Shown: positions 31,468-41,338 of the stretch, piece by piece
Layout: each line of letters opens with the position of its first letter
How positions within the stretch are numbered: position 1 is the first letter of the stretch
IMG/VR virus record: IMGVR_UViG_3300027996_002186
Location: 419,263 to 483,262 of that record
Direction: 5' to 3' (one strand)
DNA length: 64,000 bases
The notes under the pieces: generated by a model
The model's database searches: none
Seen by the model: the letters and a program-made list of their open reading frames with translations, nothing else
Told to the model about the DNA's origin: nothing
Position numbers and translations under genes: made by a program

Positions 31468-31772
31468 ATATTCTTGGCATATAACTTGAATATAGTTTGA
31501 CCAATTGAATCCTGATAGATTGTGTATTTACCACTCTCATTATCAATTATGATAAGGTTATTACTTTCATCAATAGCTATGTTAACTTCATCCTTATTTA
31601 CTTTAGTGACATTTGATTCTATAATTATCACATCGTCATTCTTGTGTCTTTCTGTGAATTTACCTTGGTAGAATGAAGCGAATGCAACAAGTCCTACTAT
31701 AACCATTCTAGCAACATATACGATAAAGGGTTTAACTTTTTTACTCAAATTATTTAATTTTTCTTTATTCAT
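31446..31772 (-). CDS. Single-TM membrane protein overlapping the SLT gene
   Basis: Hydrophobic IVYVARMVIVGLVAFASF. Confidence 0.6.
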   Translation of the reverse strand: MNKEKLNNLSKKVKPFIVYVARMVIVGLVAFASFYQGKFTERHKNDDVIIIESNVTKVNKDEVNIAIDESNNLIIIDNESGKYTIYQDSIGQTIFKLYAKNIWRPETK

Positions 31773-31821
31773 GTTTAGATATTATGTTTTTAATATATAT
31801 GTTAAATTGTAGTAGATTATA

Positions 31822-32379
31822 ATGAAAAAGTTTAGCAAGATAACAAATCAGAAAGTTGGTGAAGAACCAAAAGTAGAGGTTGGTGTAGATGAATCAACTT
31901 CTATTAAATATAAAATGATAGATTTGATGGATAGATTACTATCTGTTACTACTTATGGTCCAGTTATTAACTATGATCTAGCTGGAACAATTAAAATTTC
32001 TGGTAAAGAAATGTTAGCTGAAGCAATTGCTGATATGTTAGCTGATGTTTCAGTGAGTGATAAAACTATATTATTAGAATCACTTAAATCAGAAATTAGA
32101 GACTGGGAATTTATTGATGATAAGATCAGATCTTTAACTAAAGAAAGAGCATCACTTAATAATAAAAGTAAAATGTATAAGTTATTAGAAATGTATGGTG
32201 ATGATGAGGATATGTTGGTAACTTTAGTTGAGGCTAAATCATTGAAAATAACAAATACAAATACATTACTAGATTATAATCTATTAATATCGGAAAACAA
32301 AACCCTGAGTGATGAAACTAAATCTAAATTAGTGGGAATATATTCCGAAAGAATTAAACAAATAGATTCTGTGGAGTAA
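31822..32379 (+). CDS. Hypothetical head-core-like protein
   Basis: MKKFSKI start, LLES/LVEA/ISEN-type motifs, TAATATATA at 31791-31799. Confidence 0.55.
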   Translation: MKKFSKITNQKVGEEPKVEVGVDESTSIKYKMIDLMDRLLSVTTYGPVINYDLAGTIKISGKEMLAEAIADMLADVSVSDKTILLESLKSEIRDWEFIDDKIRSLTKERASLNNKSKMYKLLEMYGDDEDMLVTLVEAKSLKITNTNTLLDYNLLISENKTLSDETKSKLVGIYSERIKQIDSVE

Positions 32380-32386
32380 AACTCTT

Positions 32387-32881
32387 ATGATTACAGAACT
32401 AAATTGGGAAAGTGTTTGTGTTGAGGATATATTCAATAATATCACATACACAACCGAAAATCCACTAATACTCAAAACAGAATCGGTCTTCAAAGAAGGT
32501 GGTGAAATCAAAAGAATTAAAAAAGAAGAAATATTTGATTTAACTAAAAATGATTTATTGTCAGAATTATTAGAAAATGGTGATGAAAAAGATATTCACT
32601 TTCACCAAAAAGGAATTCTTAGACTATTCAGAAAATATAATAATAAGCCTATTACTGAGATATTATATGGTTTATCAGAAGATGATTGGGTAATAATGGG
32701 TCCTGATGTTAGGAAAATATTAGAAATATCACCAAATAGATTCTGTGGTAATTTAATAATCGATTCTAGACTGGAAAATAAATGTATTCTTGGTGACAGA
32801 AGCACACGATGTTTTATGAATAAAGAAACTTTTGAATATTATTTTGATAAAGACCCGATTAGTGTGTTAGTTTTAATATGA
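32387..32881 (+). CDS. Hypothetical protein
   Basis: ORF track. Confidence 0.6.
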   Translation: MITELNWESVCVEDIFNNITYTTENPLILKTESVFKEGGEIKRIKKEEIFDLTKNDLLSELLENGDEKDIHFHQKGILRLFRKYNNKPITEILYGLSEDDWVIMGPDVRKILEISPNRFCGNLIIDSRLENKCILGDRSTRCFMNKETFEYYFDKDPISVLVLI

Positions 32882-33001
32882 GAATATAGCATATGAAGTT
32901 TCGTACTGTCTCTAATTTATTCAATTCATCTATTCTAACTAAATAATTCTGATCAATCCAGTATCAACTAATCTACTTTGTATTTACTTCAATTAACTTG
33001 C

Positions 33002-33919
33002 TCATTTTGATAGTAATTGTTCTAGTAATTGTTCTCTCTTTATGGCCATATCTTCAAACAAAATATAGTCATACCACTCTAATCTATCAACATCATTACG
33101 AATCATAACTGTTAAGTGTCCTTGTTGAATATATGAATTTTCAACAGTATAAAATTTACCCTCTGTTAAACTCGAAAGCTTATGGAAACCAGTGTAGTTT
33201 TTTATGGATTGACACTTTATATTAGTGCCCACTTTTATCTTCATAAGATTTTTAAATCTCGTAACTAATGTATCTGTTATATAATCAATATTTAATTTTC
33301 TGAAATCTATTTTTGAAACTTCTATAATATCAATAAAATTATTTATTAAGTCCTTTGTCAATTCTATTTCCTTTATCTTAATATTATCATATTCCAACTC
33401 TGTTTTTATATACCATCTAATGTCATTATTTATGAGATGTGAAGTGTTAGTAAATATTGAAGATGATACTTCAATATCATTTGATATTAAATAATTTAAT
33501 ATGGGTATTATTGAGTAGGTTAAACCTTCTATTCTTTCATGTGATCTATTATCACCTCTTCTATTTCTTGATATAATTCTACCTTCCAAAAGTCTGTTAA
33601 ACTTTTTATAATTATTAAAAATTCCGATAAATTGTTTTTGTGGTCGATTTTTTATATAAGTTTTGAATCTTTCAGTTATTGTATTTTCTATTATAAGTGG
33701 TTTTAACTTACGATAAGTTATTTTAATAATTGGTTCAAATCCTTTATCAATTAATCTCATTTTAAAATCATGAAAATCCGCAAAGTTTATTAACCCAACT
33801 TTCGTCATTGTTGCTCTACTGATAGTTTTATTTTCATAATCAAGTATAATTGGGAACTTTTCCCTAGCTTCATTATAAATTTTTAAATTTTTGTCAATTA
33901 AATTATAAGTTAATTTCAT
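33002..33919 (-). CDS. Hypothetical protein with SH3-like end and variant C-terminal tag
   Basis: LTEGKFYTV...ND...Y...F; ends KREQLLEQLLSK. Confidence 0.65.
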   Translation of the reverse strand: MKLTYNLIDKNLKIYNEAREKFPIILDYENKTISRATMTKVGLINFADFHDFKMRLIDKGFEPIIKITYRKLKPLIIENTITERFKTYIKNRPQKQFIGIFNNYKKFNRLLEGRIISRNRRGDNRSHERIEGLTYSIIPILNYLISNDIEVSSSIFTNTSHLINNDIRWYIKTELEYDNIKIKEIELTKDLINNFIDIIEVSKIDFRKLNIDYITDTLVTRFKNLMKIKVGTNIKCQSIKNYTGFHKLSSLTEGKFYTVENSYIQQGHLTVMIRNDVDRLEWYDYILFEDMAIKREQLLEQLLSK

Positions 33920-34212
33920 TAGTATTTTTTATACCACTTGTCTTGTGATTGGTTAATTAATATGAATAATTCATTTTCTGGAATGTTTGGCTTATGTTTG
34001 GCTTCTTTATAATATTCTTTATAATCTCCTTGTAATACCAATTGATATTTATCTGTATTATCTAAAGTAAAATTTATCATCAGAGTAAATGGGTTAATTA
34101 ATTTACAAGATGGGTTGGTTATTTTTGGTCTAAATCGATTATCAAATACATTGATACCAAATTTCTCGATAATCCTAACGATTAATCTACCAAAAAATTT
34201 ACCATTTTTCAT
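33919..34212 (-). CDS. Hypothetical protein
   Basis: Translationally coupled ORF. Confidence 0.6.
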   Translation of the reverse strand: MKNGKFFGRLIVRIIEKFGINVFDNRFRPKITNPSCKLINPFTLMINFTLDNTDKYQLVLQGDYKEYYKEAKHKPNIPENELFILINQSQDKWYKKY

Positions 34213-34479
34213 TTATATAGTATAATACATTTCTGAAAATATTGGAGATCTTTTTATAATTTCTTTTATTAGTTCGATATCAATATTTTGTAATAATATT
34301 TTGAACAATTCACCACCAACATCTTTTGTTAGTATTTCTCCTTTTGTTAAAACTTCCATATCAATTTTAGTGATATGTACATCAATAGATCCATACATTG
34401 GACTCTTTTGTGTGATAAATCCTGATTTACAAAGATTTGTAAATGTTATTTCTGTTAGTAAAATTCTATTTTCTTTCAT
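34213..34479 (-). CDS. Hypothetical protein
   Basis: ORF in operon. Confidence 0.6.
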   Translation of the reverse strand: MKENRILLTEITFTNLCKSGFITQKSPMYGSIDVHITKIDMEVLTKGEILTKDVGGELFKILLQNIDIELIKEIIKRSPIFSEMYYTI

Positions 34480-34489
34480 ATTATATTTA

Positions 34490-34705
34490 TTAATTTTTGA
34501 AACTAAGTTTAGCTCCTACACAAATATTTTTATTATTAATTTTTGATTCATATCCCCATATGTCCTTTGTTATCATGTGACAACCGTGTTTTTTGTCTTG
34601 TATTTTACCAATATTTTCAATGGATTTAACATAACTTGGGAATTTTTTGCTATGTGGGTTACTATTCGTCCAAGGGCACTGTTTACAAGGCTTTCTACAA
34701 CTCAT
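34490..34705 (-). CDS. Small Cys/His metal-binding protein (start revised from 34786)
   Basis: MSCRKPCKQCPW...CHM...CVG. Confidence 0.6.
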   Translation of the reverse strand: MSCRKPCKQCPWTNSNPHSKKFPSYVKSIENIGKIQDKKHGCHMITKDIWGYESKINNKNICVGAKLSFKN

Positions 34706-34842
34706 TTGTATATTTTTTATAAAGGTAAGGATAAATATTTGATAAAAAAAGTAAAAAAAGATTAAACTTTTTAAAACATAAGCCACATCGGTGATATAAG
34801 AATTATACGAAATTAATCGTTAACAAAAAAACAAAAACGGCA

Positions 34843-35115
34843 ATGAATAAAGCAGATTTAGTAAATTCAATTTCTGGGAAGACAGGCCTCACAAAAACAA
34901 AGTCAAACGAATTTATTGATGCTTTTTTATCATCAATAACAGAGTCTCTTAGTGAAGGTGAGAAAGTTACTTTAGTTGGGTTTGGTACTTTTACAACATC
35001 TAATAGAGATGCTCGTAAAGGAAGAAATCCAAAGACTGGTGAATCTATTGACATTCCGGCTAAAACGGTGGCACGTTTCAAAGCAGGATCAGATTTATCG
35101 AAAAGTGTTAATTAA
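34843..35115 (+). CDS. hup: HU-family DNA-binding protein
   Basis: MNKADLV...VTLVGFGTF...R.ARKGRNPKTGE.I.IPA...FKAG. Confidence 0.97.
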   Translation: MNKADLVNSISGKTGLTKTKSNEFIDAFLSSITESLSEGEKVTLVGFGTFTTSNRDARKGRNPKTGESIDIPAKTVARFKAGSDLSKSVN

Positions 35116-35137
35116 TTAACTACTCAGAATCAAAATT

Positions 35138-35169
35138 AAAAACCCTTGGATTATTCCAGGGGTTTTTTT
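35138..35169. terminator. Bidirectional intrinsic terminator
   Basis: AAAAACCCTTGGA-ttat-TCCAGGGGTTTTT. Confidence 0.8.
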
Positions 35170-35336
35170 GTATAGTCCCAAGGACAGTTTATACAACCAG
35201 ATTTGCAACATGATGGTCTCACCATCAATAAATATTCTTTTGTGAAAACTCTTATTCTAAGTCCATCAACTTCCTTCCAATTGAAGTCAACACCTTCTAT
35301 TAATTCATCAATTCTAAATCTTTTAGTATCACACAT
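35151..35336 (-). CDS. Small Cys-rich protein (DUF5522-like)
   Basis: VFTKEYLL..R..CCKSGCINCPW. Confidence 0.7.
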   Translation of the reverse strand: MCDTKRFRIDELIEGVDFNWKEVDGLRIRVFTKEYLLMVRPSCCKSGCINCPWDYTKKPLE

Positions 35337-35339
35337 AGT

Positions 35340-36473
35340 TTATATATTATCTTTATATTCTGGTATATAATCTAATATATCTTCATCTAATATTTTGTCT
35401 ATTTTCAAATCACGATTAGTAGCAACACCTGGGTTTACTTCTTCCCAGCCTCTACCTATTAGCTTAGTTGTTCTATGTATTATCCTTTTATTAGAATACA
35501 TCTTAGCCTCTTTGTTAATAATGAATATTCCATTTTTACAATGTGATACAGCACTCTCGTAGTTCTCATATACCTTTTCTCCATCATAAGAAACACCACA
35601 ACAACTTATATCAACATTTCGTATCAAATCAATGAATGATTTTTTGTAAATACTTTCTCTAATCTCTGGTTTTTGTATCTCTTTAAGAGCATCACTAGCA
35701 TGTATCAAAATATTGGCCAAGCCAATTACCCGTCTCTTTTGCTCGCACCCAGGTGTGGTTTCTCGCGTCTTCAGAAGACCGCCCGCTGGTCTTATCAATT
35801 GTATTATTTTATCTTCTTTAACCCAACTATGTGGTTCGTTTATAATTTTTATATCTGTATATATGGATGATAAATCCTTTGGTGTTAAAGATTCCATATA
35901 TTTATACCCATTTTGTGTTAGTATATTCTCTACATAATCTAGTGAACCTGATCCTAATATTATATCAACATCGTGTATCTCTCTATCAGAAATACTATCC
36001 CTAACAGATCCTCCAAATATTCTGACTAATGAATTTATTGGGAATAATTCATCTGAATCAAATCCAATATATTCATTTATATTCTTTCTAACCTTATCAC
36101 CAAGTGTCACACCAAGAGACTTAATCTTTTGATTTCTATTCTCAGTTATATAATCATTGTATGATATTTTTACTGACTTAACTATTTCTTCAAATTTATC
36201 TGGGAAAGAAGATGATTTAATCTTCATAGTATATCCTATCCAAATACTTGGATTGAGTATGCTCTTGAAATTAGCACTAGCAAGTCTATTATCAACTCCA
36301 TCAGCACCAATCGATGTACTATCTCTATATTTAACAATATTGATATTAAATGGTATTAACTTAATAGATCTACTTTGTCTATTAAATGTTGGAGCAATTT
36401 CAGACTCGATGTGTCTGTGTACTATTCTTTTTATGGCACTATCGTTAATCGATAAGTCTTCTAATTTCGGCAT
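35340..36473 (-). CDS. Class II (CCA/poly(A) polymerase-like) nucleotidyltransferase
   Basis: IFGGSVRD...HDVDI and NVDISCC; tag motifs RNQKIKSLG (internal) and RDLKIDKIL (C-terminal). Confidence 0.7.
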   Translation of the reverse strand: MPKLEDLSINDSAIKRIVHRHIESEIAPTFNRQSRSIKLIPFNINIVKYRDSTSIGADGVDNRLASANFKSILNPSIWIGYTMKIKSSSFPDKFEEIVKSVKISYNDYITENRNQKIKSLGVTLGDKVRKNINEYIGFDSDELFPINSLVRIFGGSVRDSISDREIHDVDIILGSGSLDYVENILTQNGYKYMESLTPKDLSSIYTDIKIINEPHSWVKEDKIIQLIRPAGGLLKTRETTPGCEQKRRVIGLANILIHASDALKEIQKPEIRESIYKKSFIDLIRNVDISCCGVSYDGEKVYENYESAVSHCKNGIFIINKEAKMYSNKRIIHRTTKLIGRGWEEVNPGVATNRDLKIDKILDEDILDYIPEYKDNI

Positions 36474-36714
36474 TTCTAATTTCTAATTTAAAGTGATATT
36501 CTATATTTCCAGGTATTTTTCGATAAAGAATTTTTAATAATTCTTCATCTGATACAAGACTTCTATTCACTTTATACTTTATAGTTCTCTTTTTCCGTTT
36601 GGTTAAAATAGATATAAGTAAATCCTTATCAGTTAGATTATAACCAATGATTTCCTTCGATCCTTTTTTCCTATTTAGAATCTCCTTTATCCTTGTCTTT
36701 GTGAATATATTCAT
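36445..36714 (-). CDS. Basic hypothetical protein
   Basis: ORF track. Confidence 0.5.
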   Translation of the reverse strand: MNIFTKTRIKEILNRKKGSKEIIGYNLTDKDLLISILTKRKKRTIKYKVNRSLVSDEELLKILYRKIPGNIEYHFKLEIRNAEIRRLID

Positions 36715-36803
36715 TTAAACAAATATAGTGAAAAAAATCGAATGATAAAAGATTTTGATAAAATCATTTTAATATATAAAGATATCAAATAAATAATAAA
36801 ATT

Positions 36804-38483
36804 ATGAAGTGGATAAAGGACCGAAATAAATTCTTAAAAGAAGCTAAACTTCGAGACGTTTTGTACCCTAGTCAATCAAAGGAAGTCGCTAGTTCTTGGA
36901 GTGAGAGATATCTTGATTATGAAGAAGTAGCTGCAACTGATAAAATAAAACAAGGTAAGTGGAAATTAGAAGAAGAAGATAAGTTAAAAGTACTTGGAGA
37001 GTTCTTCGATTGTAATATGAGTAATATATTTGAGTTATTTGAAAATTTACCAGATAAATTTAATGAGATTATTTCACAATCAATTGATTTTGATTTAATC
37101 AATAATCGAGATAAAGAAAAGTATAGTGTTATATTTAAGGAATTTGATATTAAAAAGCCTACGATAGACCAAATTGTTTTACTATTTGACAATGTTTTCA
37201 GAAAACTTTCTGTAAATGAAACAAACTCTTCTGAGATGATTCAGAAGGATGAGAATGGTAGACCAATGAGAGATGATAGTGGTAATATGATTAAAATACA
37301 GAAAGAACCGGGATCTCCTATATTCTCAACTAACTTAGTTAATATTAATTCATTTATATCTGATTATAATAGATGTTTTAGAAGTGATGAAGTACAAACA
37401 GATACATTTAATCAAAATGATATTCAAAATTTGAAAAGTTATGCTTCAGATCATTGTAATGATTACCAGGCTGATTTTGAGATATTTAATAGAGATATGT
37501 ACCTTTCTATATCACATAACCCAAAAGACATATTAAATATGTCAATATCTAAGTTTTATTCATCTTGTCAACATTTATACAATGGTGGATATAGAAGCCA
37601 GTTATTAGCTAATGTATTTGATCCTAATAGTATGCCAGCTTATTTAATATTTGATACTCCTTTATTTTGGAATGATAAAAAGATATCTGAATTTTTACCA
37701 TTGACAAGAATGATAATTAGAAATATCGAAACTTATGATGAGAGTGATGGTAAAGAGCCTCAAATATATTTTGATAGAGCTTATCCAGATAGGATGAAAG
37801 ATATCTTTGATGAAATTATAACAAAATATAGTGAGAATAAAAAAAGTGAGAATAATCCTAGGGACTATTACTATACACCAGATATTGATATCGAGACTGA
37901 TAAAGATATAAAAGAACCTTATATGGATAGAATTCGATTAAAACAGAGGCCTTATATAGGTATTAACACCAAAACACTTCACTTAAACAGAAATTATGAT
38001 TGGAGTAAAGTTAAAATAGCTCCAAATGCTAAGATTAAAGAATTGATAATTGAGACTGATGATATTCCAGAAAATATGTTAGATATTGATATTAAATTGG
38101 AGTGGGTAAAGTTCAAATATTTGAAAATTAATACATTGAAAAATTTCTCACATATTAAAACAAATGCTATTGCCTTTGATAAATGTAAATTTGATAACAA
38201 GGTATTAGAAGATATAAGTAAGATAAACAAAAATATAGATAAATTACAAATTGTTAGTTGTGATGCTAATAATTTGAATATTTCTGTTTTCGAAAATCTC
38301 GAAGAGTTACATATGATTTATACATTAGACTCATTAGAAGAATTAAAATCAACATTATCAAATTTAAAAAACATTAAAAAACTTGTTATATCAGGTGATT
38401 TATTAAGTGATAAAGAATCTAAAGCATTTGTTAATTCATTGAAATCTAGAATGAGAGTTGAAATAGTAGGACCAGTAATATGA
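36804..38483 (+). CDS. Protein with targeting-like N-terminus, SC(M/Q)-type domain and LRR-like C-terminus
   Basis: MKWIKDRNKFLKEA; SSCQ...RMII...FDRAYP...PYMD; IKELII/LEELHM/IKKLVI repeats. Confidence 0.65.
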   Translation: MKWIKDRNKFLKEAKLRDVLYPSQSKEVASSWSERYLDYEEVAATDKIKQGKWKLEEEDKLKVLGEFFDCNMSNIFELFENLPDKFNEIISQSIDFDLINNRDKEKYSVIFKEFDIKKPTIDQIVLLFDNVFRKLSVNETNSSEMIQKDENGRPMRDDSGNMIKIQKEPGSPIFSTNLVNINSFISDYNRCFRSDEVQTDTFNQNDIQNLKSYASDHCNDYQADFEIFNRDMYLSISHNPKDILNMSISKFYSSCQHLYNGGYRSQLLANVFDPNSMPAYLIFDTPLFWNDKKISEFLPLTRMIIRNIETYDESDGKEPQIYFDRAYPDRMKDIFDEIITKYSENKKSENNPRDYYYTPDIDIETDKDIKEPYMDRIRLKQRPYIGINTKTLHLNRNYDWSKVKIAPNAKIKELIIETDDIPENMLDIDIKLEWVKFKYLKINTLKNFSHIKTNAIAFDKCKFDNKVLEDISKINKNIDKLQIVSCDANNLNISVFENLEELHMIYTLDSLEELKSTLSNLKNIKKLVISGDLLSDKESKAFVNSLKSRMRVEIVGPVI

Positions 38484-40147
38484 GATATTTAAAACACATA
38501 AAAATATTTGAAGCTTTTAAATCTGATAAGTTATCTAAAACACTTGGATATATCGATTCGAAAAGAGACAAAGATGTCTTTTTAGATAAAATAAAAAGAA
38601 TATGTAATATAATTGATTTCCCTTATTCTGAATTATCAGATGAGTATTTTGAATATTTACCATTCAACTCAGCGCTCAAAAAGGCTGATACGATAAAAGA
38701 TGAACCTTGTGTAGCTACAAGTTCTGAAGAGTTCCCAGAATATGCTATTGCTGGAGAAGTTTGTAAGGAAGGTAAAATTAGAAGAAGATGGGGTAGTCGA
38801 ATTAGAGCTGTCTCTTGTCCTGTGTGTAATGGTACTGGTGTTAAGCCTAAACGAGGCGAGCCTAAGTTAGTTAAATTTTGGTTTAATAAAGATGGTAAAT
38901 ATATAGAAACTACTTGTGTGGATGGTATCATTAGAAATTATGGTGGTAGTTCTTCGGGGTCTGATATTCCATTACCACAAACATCATCTTCATATACGGT
39001 ATCTGGTGAAAAAATTTATCGATCAGGAGGAGCCCGAACTTTACAAACCGGACAATATATACATATAAAGATAAATGGTGAAGAGATGTATGCTTATATT
39101 CTTTCAGAAAGAAGAGATGTATATGCTATACAACCAAAGATGAATGGTGGTATTCCTAATAATACAAGTTCTAGGGTATGGAAAAAAATATCAAGTTATT
39201 CTTGGGATATTGGTGATGGTGATTTTGAATGGTTAATACCAGTTAGTCTTAATAATATGGATAATGATGATGCAGAACCAGAAGCTGATCCATATACTTG
39301 GAACACAGGACTCACTTTTAATTATAGGGGTATAAATTCGAATGGTAGGAATATTGAGCGTTTTATTAAAGATTCTCACTTTGCTATTGTTATGGATTTT
39401 GGGAAATTGAAAAAGTCTGAATTTCAAACTAGAACACACACCAAACATGGAAGAGAGGATAATAAAGTTGGAGCTTTATCTTTTATGAGTGATGATGAAA
39501 TTAAAAAAGAAAATATAGAAAGATATATTAAAAAATTAGCTTCTAGATTAGAAGTTGATGGTAAAGATGTAACTAACCTACCAAAGGTTATAAAAAGATT
39601 ATTAGGATATAGAAATTTAGTATATTTTTTAAGACAAGGACATACAGATCGTTATATATCTACAATTCTAAAAGGTTATATACTTTTATTAAAGAGTCCT
39701 GATGATCGTAAAGAAAGATATTTGAAAGAATTGAATGATAATATTAAATATTCTTTTAAGCAAAGCGTCGATAATAATAAGGATTTAACTAACATTCTAA
39801 AAGAGGTTAAGGATAGGTTAAAAAGAGAGGATAAGGAAGAATATATTGAAGTATTAGATCTTTTAAGTGAATTAAGTTTAGTCATTTATGATAAAATAAA
39901 TAGTTTTGAGCTTGAAACAATTGAAGATTTAGAAATTTTATATCAAAAGATAATGAGTATGAAGAATATTGTTAGATCTGATAGATATTCACTATCTAAA
40001 TTATCATATCATATGGATTACTCATTCAGACGTAGTTCTGATTATTCATATAGATACTTAACTGATAGATATTATATAGAACCTTCGAAGATGCCTAACT
40101 TAATAGAAGATATAAAAACAGCAATGCGAATAATTAAAAAAATGTAA
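38480..40147 (+). CDS. Protein with targeting-like N-terminus and DnaJ-type Zn-finger motif
   Basis: MRYLKHIKIFEA; CKEG...CPVCNGTG. Confidence 0.65.
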   Translation: MRYLKHIKIFEAFKSDKLSKTLGYIDSKRDKDVFLDKIKRICNIIDFPYSELSDEYFEYLPFNSALKKADTIKDEPCVATSSEEFPEYAIAGEVCKEGKIRRRWGSRIRAVSCPVCNGTGVKPKRGEPKLVKFWFNKDGKYIETTCVDGIIRNYGGSSSGSDIPLPQTSSSYTVSGEKIYRSGGARTLQTGQYIHIKINGEEMYAYILSERRDVYAIQPKMNGGIPNNTSSRVWKKISSYSWDIGDGDFEWLIPVSLNNMDNDDAEPEADPYTWNTGLTFNYRGINSNGRNIERFIKDSHFAIVMDFGKLKKSEFQTRTHTKHGREDNKVGALSFMSDDEIKKENIERYIKKLASRLEVDGKDVTNLPKVIKRLLGYRNLVYFLRQGHTDRYISTILKGYILLLKSPDDRKERYLKELNDNIKYSFKQSVDNNKDLTNILKEVKDRLKREDKEEYIEVLDLLSELSLVIYDKINSFELETIEDLEILYQKIMSMKNIVRSDRYSLSKLSYHMDYSFRRSSDYSYRYLTDRYYIEPSKMPNLIEDIKTAMRIIKKM

Positions 40148-40151
40148 AATT

Positions 40152-41120
40152 ATGGAAAGATACAACACAAACACAAAAGTAGCTAATTTTGGTGACTACT
40201 GTAATAACTTTGAAAAAGAAAAAGAAGAGTTGAAGAAAGTTAGAAGGTCTATTAAACCTAATACACCAGATACACAGAAGTATCCTAAGAACTCTAAATT
40301 AAAATTCAACAACATCACTAGAAAGATGGATGATTTGACACCAGACATCATTGATGATACATTAAAATCGATGGAAGAGGAAACAAACGAGGAATTTAAT
40401 TTAGGTATTAAAAGTGCTTGGAATAAATTAATGGGCAGAGATACTGATGAATATAAAATAACAAAATCTTTGATTGATATGATAAAATCCAACACCGAAA
40501 AATTCATACGCCGAAACGATTTGGATTCTATAAAGTATCAAAAAGCAACACAAGAAAACCCAGAGGGTATATTATCTGTTGAATTAAATACTGACAAAAC
40601 CTCACACCCACACACAGGAATTGAAAATAGTCCAGAATATAAACTTAAAAACTTTATTCAATTGGTAGTTAAGAATTTGGTTTCTATGGATGATGGTAAT
40701 GATGGTTTTGTGATTGAGATAATTAGCGAAGGGGAAAGATTGGATGTTGAAATAAGTAGTTCAAATATTGAAAAAATATGGAATGAATTAATGAAATCCA
40801 AAAATGAATTATTATCGACTCAAAAAATGAATATTGATAGTTCTCACCCATATTCTAAATTTAAAAGTAAATTGGGTATCAGAGAATCTAAAATAAAATC
40901 ATTTAATGAGTCATCTACTGACTTAGAGGTTTTGAATAAACTAAAACAACTACCAGCTTATGGTAAGTTAAAAGAAGATTTTAGAAAATCTATTCATGAG
41001 TTTACTAACGAAGTAGATTCATCTGCGGCTGATACTGGTTATGATGAAGGTGATAGTGACCACGATATGGCTTTTCACGAGGCTATACAAGAAGCAATCA
41101 ATGAATTAGTAGGTTGGTAA
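40152..41120 (+). CDS. Multi-segment hypothetical protein with an internal targeting motif
   Basis: TNEE and IRESKIKSFNES at apparent segment boundaries. Confidence 0.6.
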   Translation: MERYNTNTKVANFGDYCNNFEKEKEELKKVRRSIKPNTPDTQKYPKNSKLKFNNITRKMDDLTPDIIDDTLKSMEEETNEEFNLGIKSAWNKLMGRDTDEYKITKSLIDMIKSNTEKFIRRNDLDSIKYQKATQENPEGILSVELNTDKTSHPHTGIENSPEYKLKNFIQLVVKNLVSMDDGNDGFVIEIISEGERLDVEISSSNIEKIWNELMKSKNELLSTQKMNIDSSHPYSKFKSKLGIRESKIKSFNESSTDLEVLNKLKQLPAYGKLKEDFRKSIHEFTNEVDSSAADTGYDEGDSDHDMAFHEAIQEAINELVGW

Positions 41121-41129
41121 AATAATATT

Positions 41130-41330
41130 ATGAAAAATAAGATAGTTTATACATTAGTTCTAGGAATATTAGTTCTATTGGGATTCATCGTAGTAGGTGA
41201 TTTTTTTGTTGCATTAAACGAAAATAGACCGGTTGATGATTCTGTAATTAATTTATTACAAGTAACAATAACAGGACTTATTGGTATAATTGGTACTTAT
41301 TTTGGTATGAAACACAAGAATGAAGAATAA
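41130..41330 (+). CDS. Small two-TM membrane protein (holin-like)
   Basis: Two hydrophobic helices, GTYFG, charged tail. Confidence 0.6.
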   Translation: MKNKIVYTLVLGILVLLGFIVVGDFFVALNENRPVDDSVINLLQVTITGLIGIIGTYFGMKHKNEE

Positions 41331-41338
41331 AATTGTGG

